Source: Eledone cirrhosa
Lineage: Eukaryota
Assembly (NCBI GenBank): GCA_964016885.1
Contig: OZ024748.1
Location: 22,754,001-22,818,000, forward strand
Length of the DNA: 64,000 nt
Direction of reading: 5' to 3'
The notes beneath the pieces are model-generated. The model saw nothing but the letters and a program-made list of their open reading frames with translations, was not told the origin of the DNA and searched no databases. Below are positions 27,791 to 41,287 of this stretch, one piece after another. The position numbers and the translations under genes were made by a program. Position 1 is the stretch's first letter; each line of letters opens with the position of its first letter.

Positions 27791-29564
27791 ATGTATGGTC
27801 CAATAAAGCGAAGTATTCATACATATGATGTAATGGATTTATATACACACATATATATATAGAAAGGTGTTGAGCATATATATATACATTCATATATGTA
27901 TAGCAAAGTGTTGAACATATATATATACACACTCATATACATATATAGGAGGGTGTTGAACATATATATATATATATATATATAGGAAGGTGTATATATA
28001 CATACATAATCATATGCAAAAATATGCGAATATCATACATTTGTACATTCGTACATTCTTCTATATACCCGTATATGAGGACAAGTATATGCGTATTCGT
28101 ACATGCGCACACATATACACCCTCCAGCCACACTTCCACCCCACCCCACCTCACCCTCACACAGCCACACCCACCCACCCCGCACATCTAACCCACCCCT
28201 CCACTTATCCTTGTATAAACACCAATAGGAACATATGTACACATATGCATGCGCCTTTGGATACATCCATGGATGTTCTCTGTCTTACACTCATACATAT
28301 ACACATATATTTCCATACACATGTTTATATTCATGCGTACAAACATTTATTTACACCCCCCCCCCACATATATATATATATATACACACACAAGCATACG
28401 GTATATTTATAATTGCATCCAAAGGCATACCAACACACAGACAGAGATATATGAGAGGCCAAACTGCAGGATACACTGCCAATAACACAGAACCACCCCA
28501 CCGTCCCACCGTTCCATCCACAGACTGGAATACAACGAACCTTTTGATCCTTGCCGACGGCAGCCATTACATCCCATTTCAAAAGCCGCTCCCTATTCTT
28601 CATTTAAATTTTCATGGAGATTTTTTCGATCGAAGAATGACAAACTATCGATCCACCACTTTTAATATTTTCTGCAATAAATGGAAATAAAATCAAATCC
28701 TAAAATGTTACCAGATTGATAATATGATAATAAAACAACAACAACAATAACAACAAAACTACAATAACAACAACAGTTGATGTGACAAACACAGCAAAAG
28801 TGACAGCAGCAATAAAATCGATAACTTTGATAGCAATAACAACAGCAACAGCAACAACACTTCCAATACCAGCAACTGCAGCAGCAATAACTACAACAAA
28901 ACTGACAAAACAACAACAACGGGAACAGTGATACCGACAACAATATTAAAGGCTTTAAAACATGAACACAACATGCTAGCTCATGCAATTCCCCCAAATA
29001 CAAAAGCTACCTCAATGTTCAAAGACCAACCAATCGAAGATCAGATTCACTATGAATCCACACAACGTCTGCTTTATTTGCATGGAACGTAATTTTTTTT
29101 TATTTTTATATTTATTTTATGTTTCCTTTGCAAACCTATATTTATGATGGAATATTCTATGTACTGCTCTAGTAGAATGAAATCCACGAATAAGACTAAA
29201 ACGCTGACGTTTTATGTTTCATCTCTCTCTGTGAAATGAATCGTTCGTTATAGCCTCATCTATCTATTTGTAATGTCGCCTAAACCTTTGCTTCGTTGAG
29301 GCTTTGCTTTTGTGTAATGCATCAAGGTCATCGTTCTACAGGTTGAACATAAAAATCCTCCCTCTACAGGTTGAATGTCAAGGTCATTTCACTACAACCG
29401 AGTTAGCAGAACTCAGTTATTTTCTTTCAGTTATTATATAATATTTTGTTGGCGTCGTGGTTATGTCAGCATCCCTAAATACGTGAAAGCTGCCAGAATA
29501 GCAAAAAAAGAAGAAATAAAGAAAAAAAAAGAAAAAAGAGAAAACTTTGATGAAAGTAATAAGG

Positions 29565-29728
29565 GTTTCTGATTCAGGCACAAGGATAGCAGTTTTAGGG
29601 GAGGGAAAGTCGATTAAATCGACCCAGTATATTACTGGTGCTTTATTTTATCGACCCTCTAAGGATGAAAGGCAAAGCTAACCTCCGCGGGATTTGAACT
29701 CATAACGTAAAGGGCCGTAACTCTATGT
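29565..29728 (-). mobile_element. SINE S1, 5'-truncated
   Basis: Core and B-box on the minus strand. Confidence 0.85.
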
Positions 29729-30619
29729 CACTAAGTAATAATAGTAATAATAACATTGTGGATGAGATTTTTAGCTATTTTAATTTTTCAATTATTTCGC
29801 ATAAAAACTGTTATTTAATTTTTTAATTTATTTCGCATAACAACTGTTATTTTATTTTTTCATCTATTTCGCATAAAAACTGTTATTTTAACTTTTTCCT
29901 TTATTTCACATAAAAACATTTTACTTTTTCATTTATTTTCCATAAAAACTTATTTTACTAGAAGGAATTTTCAGTTTACTTGAAACATTGTAAATGGTAT
30001 AAAGAATTCGAAGTTGGAAAGCCACGAGATACAGTTTTGGACGGAAAATAATTAAATCGTAAGAAACAGGTTTTTTTTTTTACCTTAATTTATTCATATG
30101 CCCTGATAGTTCGAGATTAATATCTCTTCTTCCGAAGAAAATAAATGGACTATTCCAGTGTCCGATGTGGCTTGCTATACCATATTGGCCGGAAGTGGTT
30201 TTATTATTTTTTTGTTTCTAACCTCTTTTGTTTTAAAATTAAGGTCTGGACAAGCCAAAGGGGCACAGAGTTGTTTCCCTTTAAATCCGCTTAGACGCAT
30301 ATATACTAATACGCGCTGACATACACGTACATGCATACATGTGTGTGTAAGCACGCACGCAAATACACAAACACGCATGGGTAGAATCGTGTAAACACAT
30401 GAATGCATATACACGATTTCTCCCGGATGAATAATGTGCTCGTAAGAGGGCCTATGTGTGTCTTTATGTGTAGAGTCCAATGGTCTTCTAAGTTTAGTGT
30501 TGTTTGCTTAGGCCTATGTTAGGTATTATTTCGTTAATTCTAGTCTATTATTGATTTGCGGGTGTGTTCTGGCTATGATTAAAGCTTCCTTAATTCCGAA
30601 ATTTCTTTCTCTTTTTTCA

Positions 30620-31626
30620 ACCTTAACTGTTATTTTTGTGGTGTTTTGGGGTATTTTACTTTTTCATTTATTTCACATAAAAACTGTTATTTTAACTTTT
30701 CATGTTTCAAATAAAAACTGTTATTTTCACTTTTCATTTATTTTACATAAAAACTGTTATTTTACGTTTTCATTTATTTCAAATAAAAACTGTTATTTTC
30801 ACTTTTAATTTATTTTACATAAAAACTGTTATTTTACGTTTTCATTTATTTCAAATAAAAACTGCTATTTTTACTTTTTATTTTACATAAAAACTGTTAT
30901 TTTACGTTTTCATTTATTTCAAATAAAAACTGTTATTTTCACTTTTAATTTATTTTACATAAAAACTGTTATTTTACGTTTTCATTTATTTCAAATAAAA
31001 ACTGTTATTTTTACTTTTTATTTTACATAAAAACTGTTATTTTACGTTTTCATTTATTTCAAATAAAAACTGTTATTTTTACTTTTAATTTATTTTACAT
31101 AAAAACTGTTATTTTACGTTTTCATTTATTTCAAATAAAAACTGTTATTTTTACTTTTAATTTATTTTACATAAAAACTGTTATTTTACGTTTTCATTTA
31201 TTTCAAATAAAAACTGTTATTTTCACTTTTAATTTATTTTACATAAAAACTGTTATTTTACGTTTTCATTTATTTCAAATAAAAACTGTTATTTTTACTT
31301 TTAATTTATTTTACATAAAAACTGTTATTTTACGTTTTCATTTATTTCAAATAAAAACTGTTATTTTTACTTTTAATTTATTTTACATAAAAACTGTTAT
31401 TTTACGTTTTCATTTATTTCAAATAAAAACTGTTATTTTTACTTTTAATTTATTTTACATAAAAACTGTTATTTTACGTTTTCATTTATTTCAAATAAAA
31501 ACTGTTATTTTCACTTTTAATTTATTTTACATAAAAACTGTTATTTTACGTTTTCATTTATTTCAAATAAAAACTGTTATTTTTACTTTTAATTTATTTT
31601 ACATAAAAACTGTTATTTTTACTTTT
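30620..31626. repeat. AT-rich 72-bp tandem repeat (dimer of 36-bp subunits)
   Basis: CATTTATTTCAAATAAAAACTGTTATTTT recurs every 72 bp (occasionally 68). Degenerate units also occur at 29775-29960. Confidence 0.97.
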
Positions 31627-31939
31627 GGAGTACACGAGTTTGAGACTCCCTGATTTACACTCAATCAAGTCAACATCTAGTACACTCTGTCTTTTTAGTT
31701 GACTGTTACATATTATGTCTATCCAAGTTAGTATTTACCCTGTGTCTACACAGTAAACATCAACCTGCTAGAAATAGCAGCCAAATATCCATCAGACAAC
31801 ATTAATTTCTCAAATATGGAAGGACAACATTGGATAATATTGTCTTGAATTTCATATGTTCCAAGAAAATAAACGGAATAGTCAGCCGGGAAGGTCCTTT
31901 TGTGCGGAATGGGTTCAATCAGGGCTGACGTTGGTGTTA

Positions 31940-32391
31940 ATACCACCACGATGACCACCACCACCACCACCACCACGACCACCACGACGACCACGACGAC
32001 GACGACGACCACCACCACCACCACCACGACCACAACCACCACGACGACCACCACAACCACGACGACGACGACGACGACGACCACCACCACCACGCCCCCC
32101 CACACGACCACCACCACGACGACGACCACGACGACGACGACCACGACGACGACGACCACCACCACCATCACCACGACCACCACCACGATCACCATGACCA
32201 CGACCACGACGACCACCCCGATGACCCCCCCCCCCCCCCCCCCACGACCACCACGACGACGACGACCACCACGACGACCACCACGACGACCACCACGACG
32301 ACCACCACCACCACGACCACCACCATCATTATCACCGCGACGACGACGACCACCACCACCACCACCAAAACAGCAACAACAACAACAACAA

Positions 32392-32423
<32 letters not shown>

Positions 32424-32470
32424 ACAACAACAACCACCACAGCAACAACAACACCAACAACAACAACAAT
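31940..32470. repeat. (ACC/ACG)n then (CAA/CAG)n compound microsatellite
   Basis: Low-complexity triplets. Confidence 0.97.
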
Positions 32471-32629
32471 CCAGTTTCCATGTAAGAAGCAGTCAATGTC
32501 TACAGCCTATGTCAATCAATCACCTTATATCCTCCCACATCGTGTTTATTCACTCACAATTTCCGAGATCTGATTAAATAGTCAATATTAACCGGCTATA
32601 TAAACACCCAGCTATTATTTACATGTAAT

Positions 32630-32861
32630 TGGTTATAGACGGGGGATTGGTTATAGACGGGGGATTGGTTATAGGCGGGGGATTGGCAGTATCGGTAGAA
32701 GGTCGGACGCCATGCTTTACAGCATAGAGTTACGCCCCTTTACGGTCTGAGTTCAAATTCCGCCGAGGTTAACTTTGCCTTTCATCCTTAAGGGGTCGAT
32801 GAAATAAAGTACCAGTAATGTACTGGGATAATCACTGGCCTTGTGCCAATAAGTAGAAACA
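32630..32861 (+). mobile_element. SINE S1 with 16-bp TSD and triplicated 5' 18-mer
   Basis: TSD ATTATTTACATGTAAT at 32614-32629 and 32862-32877. TGGTTATAGRCGGGGGAT occurs three times at the head. Confidence 0.93.
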
Positions 32862-33194
32862 ATTATTTACATGTAATATTTATCAAGTCAACATCTATCC
32901 GGCTTTATATATCTACTCGATGACGTCGTGCTCTTTATTAAAAACTTACACACTGTCCAGCTATGTACACAATATCTATAGATTTTAGAATGTGTTTATC
33001 AAATTACAAAATAGCATTTGTTTATTTATTTATAAAACCGGGACATTGCAATAAACCAAACTGAAAATCCGCCGGAAACGAAAATCTGCTTTTGTTCAAA
33101 TATTTGAATTTCTTGTCACACTGAACACAAACTGTAATAATACATGTGAATTTTTGTGCGTATATCTGCAGGGCTTTCTCACATTGGCAGATAA

Positions 33195-34721
33195 TAAAGA
33201 GAGATGGAGAGGGAGAGAGAGACGGAGGCGATGACAATGGGAGCTTGGTTCCTCTGTGTCCGGACTTGGTGTATATGAGAGATGGGGAGGGAGAGAGAGA
33301 GAGACGGAGGCGATGACAGTGGGAGTTTGGTTCCTCTGTGTCCGGACATGGTGTACATGAGAGATGGGGAGGGAGAGAGAGAGATGGAGGCGATGACAGT
33401 GGGAGTTTGGTTCCTCTGTGTCCGGACTTGGTGTACATGAGAGATGGGGAGGGAGAGAGAGAGATGGAGGCGATGACAGTGGGAGTTTGGTTCCTTTGTG
33501 TCCGGACTTGGTGTACATGAGAGATGGGGAGGGAGAGAGAGACGGAGGCGATGACAGTGTGAGTTTGGTTCTTCTGTGTCCGGACATGGTGTACATGAGA
33601 GATGGGGAGGGAGAGAGAGACGGAGGCGATGACAGTGGGAGTTTGGTTCCTCTGTGTCCGGACTTGGTGTACATGAGAGATGGGGAGGGAGAGAGAGACG
33701 GAGGCGATGACAGTGGGAGTTTGGTTCCTCTGTGTCCGGACATGGTGTACATGAGAGATGGGGAGGGAGAGAGAGACGGAGGCGATGACAGTGGGAGTTT
33801 GGTTCCTCTGTGTCCGGACTTGGTGTACATGAGAGATGGGGAGGGAGAGAGAGACGGAGGCGATGACAGTGGGAGTTTGGTTCCTCTGTGTCCGGACTTG
33901 GTGTACATGAGAGATGGGGAGGGAGAGAGAGAGAGAGAGACGGAGGCGATGGCAGTGGGAGTTTGGTTCCTCTGTGTCCGGACTTGGTGTACATGAGAGA
34001 TGGGGAGGGAGAGAGAGAGACGGAGGCGATGACAATGGGAGCTTGGTTCCTCTGTGTCCGGACTTGGTGTACATGAGAGATGGGGAGGGAGAGAGAGACG
34101 GAGGCGATGACAGTGGGAGTTTGGTTCCTCTGTGTCCGGACTTGGTGTACATGAGAGATGGGGAGGGAGAGAGAGAGAGAGAGACGGAGGCGATGACAGT
34201 GGGAGTTTGGTTCCTCTGTGTCCGGACCTGGTGTACATGAGAGATGGGAAGGGAGAGAGAGATGATAGGGAGGCGATGACAGTGGGAGCTTGGTTCCTCT
34301 GTGTCCGGACTTGGTGTACATGAGAGATGGGGAGGGAGAGAGAGACGGAGGCGATGACAGTGGGAGTTTGGTTCCTCTGTGTCCGGACATGGTGTACATG
34401 AGAGATGGAGAGGGAGAGAGAGAGACGGAGGCGATGACAGTGGGAGTTTGGTTCCTCTGTGTCCGGACTTGGTGTACATGAGAGATGAGGAGGGAGAGAG
34501 AGAGAGAGAGACGGAGGCGATGACAGTGGGAGTTTGGTTCCTCTGTGTTCGGACATGGTGTATATGAGAGATGTAGGTGGCGGGAGAGACAGAGGCGATG
34601 ACAGTGGGAGTTTGGTTCCTCTGTGTCCGCACCTGGTGTACATGAGAGATGGAGAGGGAGAGAGAGACGGAGGTGATGACAGTGGGAGTTTGGTTCCTCT
34701 GTGTCCGGACCTGGCGTACAT
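33195..34721. repeat. 78-86 bp minisatellite, 19 units
   Basis: Unit GAGATGGGGAGG(GA)nCGGAGGCGATGACAGTGGGAGTTTGGTTCCTCTGTGTCCGGACTTGGTGTACATGA. Length varies with the internal (GA)n. Confidence 0.98.
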
Positions 34722-34941
34722 GTGTGTATGTTTACTTCTATTTACCCCTCAAATGAGACAGCAATAGTATTGTATATATACCAGGATTACAGGGTATATG
34801 AACATACAAACTGGGAAATTTGCATCTTGATAAATTAATAGTTTGCATAAGAGAAACCCCATAGTTTATGTTGATTATTGACAGGTGGAAGTGATTAAAA
34901 ATAAGAATATTTTAATAGTTATTGTATTTAATTACATATTG

Positions 34942-35062
34942 GTTTCTGATTTAGGCACAAGACCAGCACTTTTGGGAGAGGGGAAAGTCGATTAAATTGA
35001 CCCCAGTGCATGTCTGGTATTTTATTTCATCGACACCGTAAAGTTAATCTCGGCAGGATTTG
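34942..35062 (-). mobile_element. SINE S1 fragment
   Basis: Tail and partial core. Confidence 0.7.
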
Positions 35063-35239
35063 ACCTGCCAAAGTACTGCCCGTTATTGCACCTAAGTATA
35101 TATTAAAATAAAATATGTCGTTGGAAGTTCGTATCGTTTTCCCGCCACGAAAGAAATTTTGTCTTTTAATTATAAACGATTTTCTGCACGGCGAACTCCT
35201 AGAACAAAGGTTATGCAGTTTCTGAGAGTTGATGATAAT

Positions 35240-35420
35240 TGTTTCTACTTTTGGCACAAGGTCAGCAATTATCCCAGTACATTACTGGTACTTTATTTTA
35301 TCGACCCCGTAAGGATGAAAGGCAAAGTTAACCTCGGTGGGATTTGAACTCAGACCGTAAAAGGGCGTAACTATATGTTGCAAAGCATGGCGTCCGACCC
35401 TCTACCGATACTGCCAATCC
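35240..35420 (-). mobile_element. SINE S1 with 16-bp TSD
   Basis: GAGAGTTGATRATAAT at 35224-35239 and 35421-35436. Confidence 0.92.
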
Positions 35421-36129
35421 GAGAGTTGATAATAATACAAAATTCGGGTTCGAATCTCTTCAAAGGCACTGTGCAGGACTGCTTCTATCACGTCTCTGCT
35501 TATTACTGGTTCATATTCTATCTTTGCTTAATTAAGTTGTGATCGCCATTTTGTAGAGAATTAATAGCATTGTATTAAATTAGATAAACCGCTAGACAAA
35601 ATATGTCGGTGCCATTTTGTATCATTTGCATGCCAAAAATGTGATTTTCCCTTTTCGTATATTTGTACATATTGATAGATACATTGAGACCCCCCCCCCC
35701 CTCCACACACACACACTAGCAGAAGAACCGCCCGGAGTGTCGTCGTATTTCTGCCTCTATACCATAGTTGCAACTAGGATATGTTTAGATATTCTGCTGT
35801 AGCAAACAGGTTTTAAAAACTGAAGTTGTATCTTTTGACATCTATAGTTAGAATTGTCGCAAGAAAATTGTGAAAGATCCAATATAAAATTCCTCTTAAC
35901 CTTTATTTCGTATATATCGATCATGAAATCAAAGCAAAAACGGAATTTTATCGATAACTGTGTCCAGAATATCTCCAGGACAGCGAATCTACAGGAAAAA
36001 GATCATAGACATATGTGCTTTGGTCATTTGAAAGAATGAAAGGTTGTCGGAAAAACTTCCTTTTTGGCTCAGATGAATCACAAGGAAACCTTAAAATGTT
36101 TCCAATAACCCCCCTCCCCTCTCCGCCCC

Positions 36130-36204
<75 letters not shown>

Positions 36205-36344
36205 TATCATCATCCCTCTTAGAACGAAACACTGTGTTGGTGTTGTTGTAGATTACTGATAATTATAGACAAGCTAAGAGATCCGTTGACGACCTGACAT
36301 AAATTATAGAGGTCTCTACGTAATGTGTCGAAGTTTCATGAAGT

Positions 36345-36450
36345 CACGTGGATTAGTTGGTAGGGTGTTTGACTCACAGTCGTAAGGTTGTGAGTTCGAT
36401 TCCAGGCGGCGTGTTGTGTTCTTCAGTAAAACGTTATATTTTACGTTGCT
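36345..36450 (+). mobile_element. SINE S3 head (degenerate)
   Basis: CGTAAGGTTGTGAGTTCGATTCC is shared with 21530-21653. Confidence 0.7.
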
Positions 36451-36624
36451 GTTAAGGGGGTCTATTAATGAATAGATGTGTAATAGTGGCACTCTCCCAG
36501 ACGGGGGAACCATTTCTTTAATCTGGGTCTCTCACTTGTACTTTGTTAAAGAGCTGAAAGGGGGAAACACTTGCTTTTTCAGTGTAGTTTATTTCAGTAT
36601 GAAATATTATTATAGCAACTCTAT

Positions 36625-37247
36625 GTTGTAGGAGGGTGGTGTTGTGTTGTTAGAAGGGTGATGTGTTGTAAGGAGGGTGTTGTGTTGTCAGGAGGTGTGG
36701 TGTTGTTAGAAGAGTGTAGAGTAGTTAGGAGGTTGATGTGTTGTAAGGAGTGTGTTGTGTTGTTAGAAGAGTGTTGTGTTGTAAGGAGGTTGATGTGTTG
36801 TAAGGAGGGTGTTGTGTTGTAAGGAGTGTGTTGTGTTGTAAGGAGTGTGTTGTGTTGTAAGGAGGGTGTTGTGTTGTCAGGAGGTGTGGTGTTGTTAGAA
36901 GAGTGTAGAGTAGTTAGGAGGTTGATGTGTTGTAAGGAGGGTGTTGTGTTGTTAGAAGAGTGTTGTGTTGTAAGGAGGTTGATGTGTTGTAAGGAGGGTG
37001 TTGTGTTGTAAGGAGTGTGTTGTGTTGTAAGGAGGGTGTTGTGTTGTCAGGAGGTGTGGTGTTGTTAGAAGAGTGTAGAGTAGTTAGGAGGTTGATGTGT
37101 TGTAAGGAGATGTTGTGTTGTAAAGGAGGTGTGGTGTTGTTAGAAGAGTGTAGAGTAGTTAGGAGGGTGTTGTGTTGTAAGGAGGGTGTTGTGTTGTAAG
37201 GAGGGTGTTGTGTTGTAAGGAGGTGTGGTGTTGTAAGGAGATGTTGT
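36625..37247. repeat. About 18-bp GT-rich minisatellite with higher-order blocks
   Basis: GTGTTGTGTTGTAAGGAG variants, with a larger repeat containing GAAGAGTGTAGAGTAGTTAGG. Confidence 0.95.
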
Positions 37248-37764
37248 TACATACAATGTTTATGATTGATTGACCAACATTTAAAAATATAGATATAAAT
37301 ATAGTTTCCCAGATTTCTTTCGTGACATCAGCAGTGATGTTGTTATGTTTTCTCCCATTGTATTGCTGTAATGTTTTCTTATTCTATTTTATTTATTTAT
37401 TTATTGTTGTCTCTGTTTGCGCATGCGTTTGTGTGCGTGTCTCCTGTTTAATGTGTGTTCGTGTGTTCATGTCTGAGTCTGTGTGTTTGTATTCTATCTT
37501 TGATCACTAGTGTGTTTAAGTGTGGGTGTTGTTATTGTGTATGTCTATATTTATTTATATTTATCTTAGATCATTATTGTGTGTTTGTGTATGATTGTTG
37601 TTATTCCAGTCATGTTTTCTGTTCAGCCTCTGTTTTCTTAATTCTATTTCTGTAGCTTCCCTAATTTGCCTACTTGTTGACTCATTCCTTTCTTTAGATA
37701 TTATTATAATTTCTATTTTCTCTATATTACCATCCTCTCTTAGTAGTGAATTGTCTTTTTGTCC

Positions 37765-37794
<30 letters not shown>

Positions 37795-37804
<10 letters not shown>

Positions 37805-38198
37805 TAAACGGAATAGAAAATGCTGACAAATTGTTCACAGTTGAAAAATGGTTTAATTAGGAATAAAAGAGTATTAGTGATTGTATGGGTTAGTATTCAG
37901 TTGTGGTTTTAAGTTTTTAAGTTTTTACCGGTTGCGCATTTCTAAATGCTTTTCAAAAATAATTTTGAGATAGAGTGTCCGTGCTGTTTGCTCAGATCAG
38001 AGCAAACAGCACGGACACTCTATATCAAAATTATTTTTGAAAAGCATTTAGAAATGCGCAACCGGTAAAAACTTAAAAACTTAAAACCACAACTGAATAC
38101 TAACCCATACAATCACTAATACTCTTTTATTCCTAATTAAACCATTTTTCAACTGTGAACAATTTGTCAGCATTTTCTATTCCGTTTACCAATATATA
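37795..38198. repeat. About 404-bp near-perfect palindrome next to (TA)n tracts
   Basis: Centre CTC-AGATCA-GAG at 37991-38002. I saw one internal mismatch. Confidence 0.95.
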
Positions 38199-38227
38199 AT
38201 AACTTGTGTGTTACACCTCTATTCTTT

Positions 38228-38343
<116 letters not shown>

Positions 38344-38388
38344 ATAGAATACTATTAGCTTCTCGCTAAAACAATCTCTATACCTTTC

Positions 38389-38585
<197 letters not shown>

Positions 38586-38971
38586 AGAGTATTGAAGTTT
38601 GCTTGAAGCATTGTGGAATAATAAGTTAAATTTCTTTAAGTCGTTTGGAAGCCTCGACAATGCAGATCGGTAAATCTCCGGGTAACAAGATCCGGTGGTG
38701 GAGAGAGAGATGTAAGTGGGTGTACGTTGAGATGCGTGGCGTGTATAAGACTGTAGCGTGTAGAGGAATGAAGGAAAGAGCGTAAAGGATAAAAATAAAA
38801 ATAACAACACGAGAAAGAGTTACCTTGGGAGAGATTTAATTGTCCCTATATATTTCGGATTCACATCCAACAACTGGGGGTTTTTTCCGGGGTGGGGGTG
38901 GGTGGGTGGGTGGGTGGGGGGAAGGTTGTCTGTCGGAAAGGTGCGAAACGTGTCCTCCGCTGTTCGTTGTT

Positions 38972-39037
<66 letters not shown>

Positions 39038-39214
39038 CAGTATCACATGTTTTGAACATAGTTTTGATTATTCTGTAATTTATATATATATATATATAAA
39101 TTTTTTAGACATATTACAATCGTTTCTCTGGCGACCAGCTCGAGGCACGATCGATGCAATGATCGACCCTGACTCTGAAATCGCAAGAAACTCAGATACG
39201 TCTTGATTCTTCAT

Positions 39215-39293
<79 letters not shown>

Positions 39294-39334
39294 CGAAAGA
39301 TAAGTCAATTGCATGAACTCATAATCCTTTATTT

Positions 39335-39390
39335 ACTGCTATATATATTTCCATGATAGCCATTGAATGGCTATGACCTCATCAGGCAGT
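39335..39390 (-). ncRNA. Hammerhead ribozyme (type I)
   Basis: ACTGC CTGATGA GGTC ATAGCCATT C AATGGCTAT CATG GAAA TATATA TA GCAGT. Stem I is a perfect 5 bp, stem II is strong, and stem III is palindromic. Confidence 0.8.
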
Positions 39391-40084
39391 TAGTCAGTTG
39401 TTAGATGATATGCCAGCTCTGTGTTTATAGTGTTTATGGTATCAGAGCCTTGGGACATATGAGCTTGTTAGAAATAATTTAATGTTGTCAGCAGGAATAG
39501 TCTTAATTCTCATTGGTCAGTTTGTAGATGTTAGTAGGGTTGGTATTTGACCTCAAAGAGGCAGGTGGTGTTGTAAAGTTCAAACCGTCAGGCAAGATGA
39601 CAATAGTTCCATATATATATATATATATATACACATACAACGGGAGCACTTATCTTCGAAACCGACGGAGGTCCATGGCTGTCAAGTGTAATGGAGGAGC
39701 AAACGTGCGTCACAAGGGCTGCGGCGGCGTGTTATGTGTGTGTATGATGGCGGTTAGAGGCTTGAGTTATTGGTGAGAAAAAAAACCAAACCATATTTCG
39801 CTATGTTGACGTTCAAATTGTGTTAAACCAGATTGAATGTGCAGAGAGTGTTAGTAATATGTAAAAGTAATAACTCCCCCAGCCTCCCCCACACTACATT
39901 ACTAGATTGAAAAGTTGAAATTTGATTAATTGTTTAATTGTAATTAAATAAATCAAATAAAAAAACAAAACAAAAAAACAAACAAACAATAAAAACAAAC
40001 AAATAAAAACAAACAAATAAAAACAAAGCAAAACTAAAAATAAATTGAAAATTATGTTAACTAGTAATTTCTTTCTTTTCTGTT

Positions 40085-40496
40085 CTTGTTGTTGTTATAA
40101 CGTTGTTAGTAATGCTGCTGCTGTTGTTGTTGTTATAACTGCTACTACTGTTGTTGCTGTTGTTGTTGTTCTGGTTGTTATTAGTGCTTCTACTGTTGTT
40201 ATTGTTGTTATTAGTGCTGTTGTTGCTGTTATAACTGCTACTACTATTGTTGCTGTTGTTGTTGTTGTTGTTGTTCTGGTTGCTATTAGTGCTTCTACTG
40301 TCGTTGTAGTAGTAGTAGTAGTAGTAGTTGTTGTTGTTGTTGTTATTAGTGCTGTTGTTGTTCGGGTTGTTATTAGTGCTACTACTGTTCTTCTTGTTGT
40401 AGTTGTTGTTGTAGTTGTTGTTGTTGTTATTAGTGCTGTTGTTGTTGTTGTTGTTCTGGTTGTTATTAGTCTGCTACTATTGCTGCTGCTGCTGCT

Positions 40497-40527
<31 letters not shown>

Positions 40528-40540
40528 TTGTTGTTGTTAT
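40085..40540. repeat. (GTT/GCT)n compound microsatellite
   Basis: Low-complexity triplets. Confidence 0.95.
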
Positions 40541-40684
40541 ACCGTGCTAATTGAAAATTAAAAATATAATAACTTCGTTAATTAAATAATTAATTAGTTA
40601 ATTCTAAGTTGAAATGAAAGTTGCAACGTTTCCATCCCGTGATGACAGGATTTTCCTGCTGAACAGATAGATTTGTTGGAATAG

Positions 40685-40719
<35 letters not shown>

Positions 40720-41038
40720 CTGTGTGACTGTGTGACTGTGTGTGTGACTGTGTGGGTGAGTGTGTGTGTGTTTTCGTGTATGTGTGTGCGTGTGTGTTTT
40801 TGTGTTTGTGAATGTCTGTGTGTGTGTGTACGTGTGTGAGTGTGTATGTGCGTGTTTGAGTGTGTGTGTGTGTGTGTGCGCTTGTGTGTTTGTGAGTCTA
40901 TATGTATGTGTGTTTGTGTGTGTGCGTGCGTGTGTATGTGTGTGCGTTTGTATGTATGTGTGTGCGTTTGTATGTATGTGTGTGTTGGCGGGAAGGGAGA
41001 GACTTCTTACGTGGTCGATGGGAAACAGAGGTGAGTGT

Positions 41039-41083
<45 letters not shown>

Positions 41084-41116
41084 AACAATAACAACAATAA
41101 CAACAACAACAACAGC

Positions 41117-41168
<52 letters not shown>

Positions 41169-41287
41169 GCAGCAACAACAGCAGCAACAACAACAACAAC
41201 AATAGCAACAACAACAACAACAACAACAATAACAACAACAATAACAACAACAACAACAACACCAATAACATCAACAACAATGACAAC
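41039..41287. repeat. (AAC)n microsatellite
   Basis: Direct observation. Confidence 0.98.

Noticed and set aside
33022-34721. 536/541/406-aa ORFs; also a CRISPR-like look
   Set aside because: Head-to-tail minisatellite with no unique spacers and no cas genes, in a eukaryotic context.
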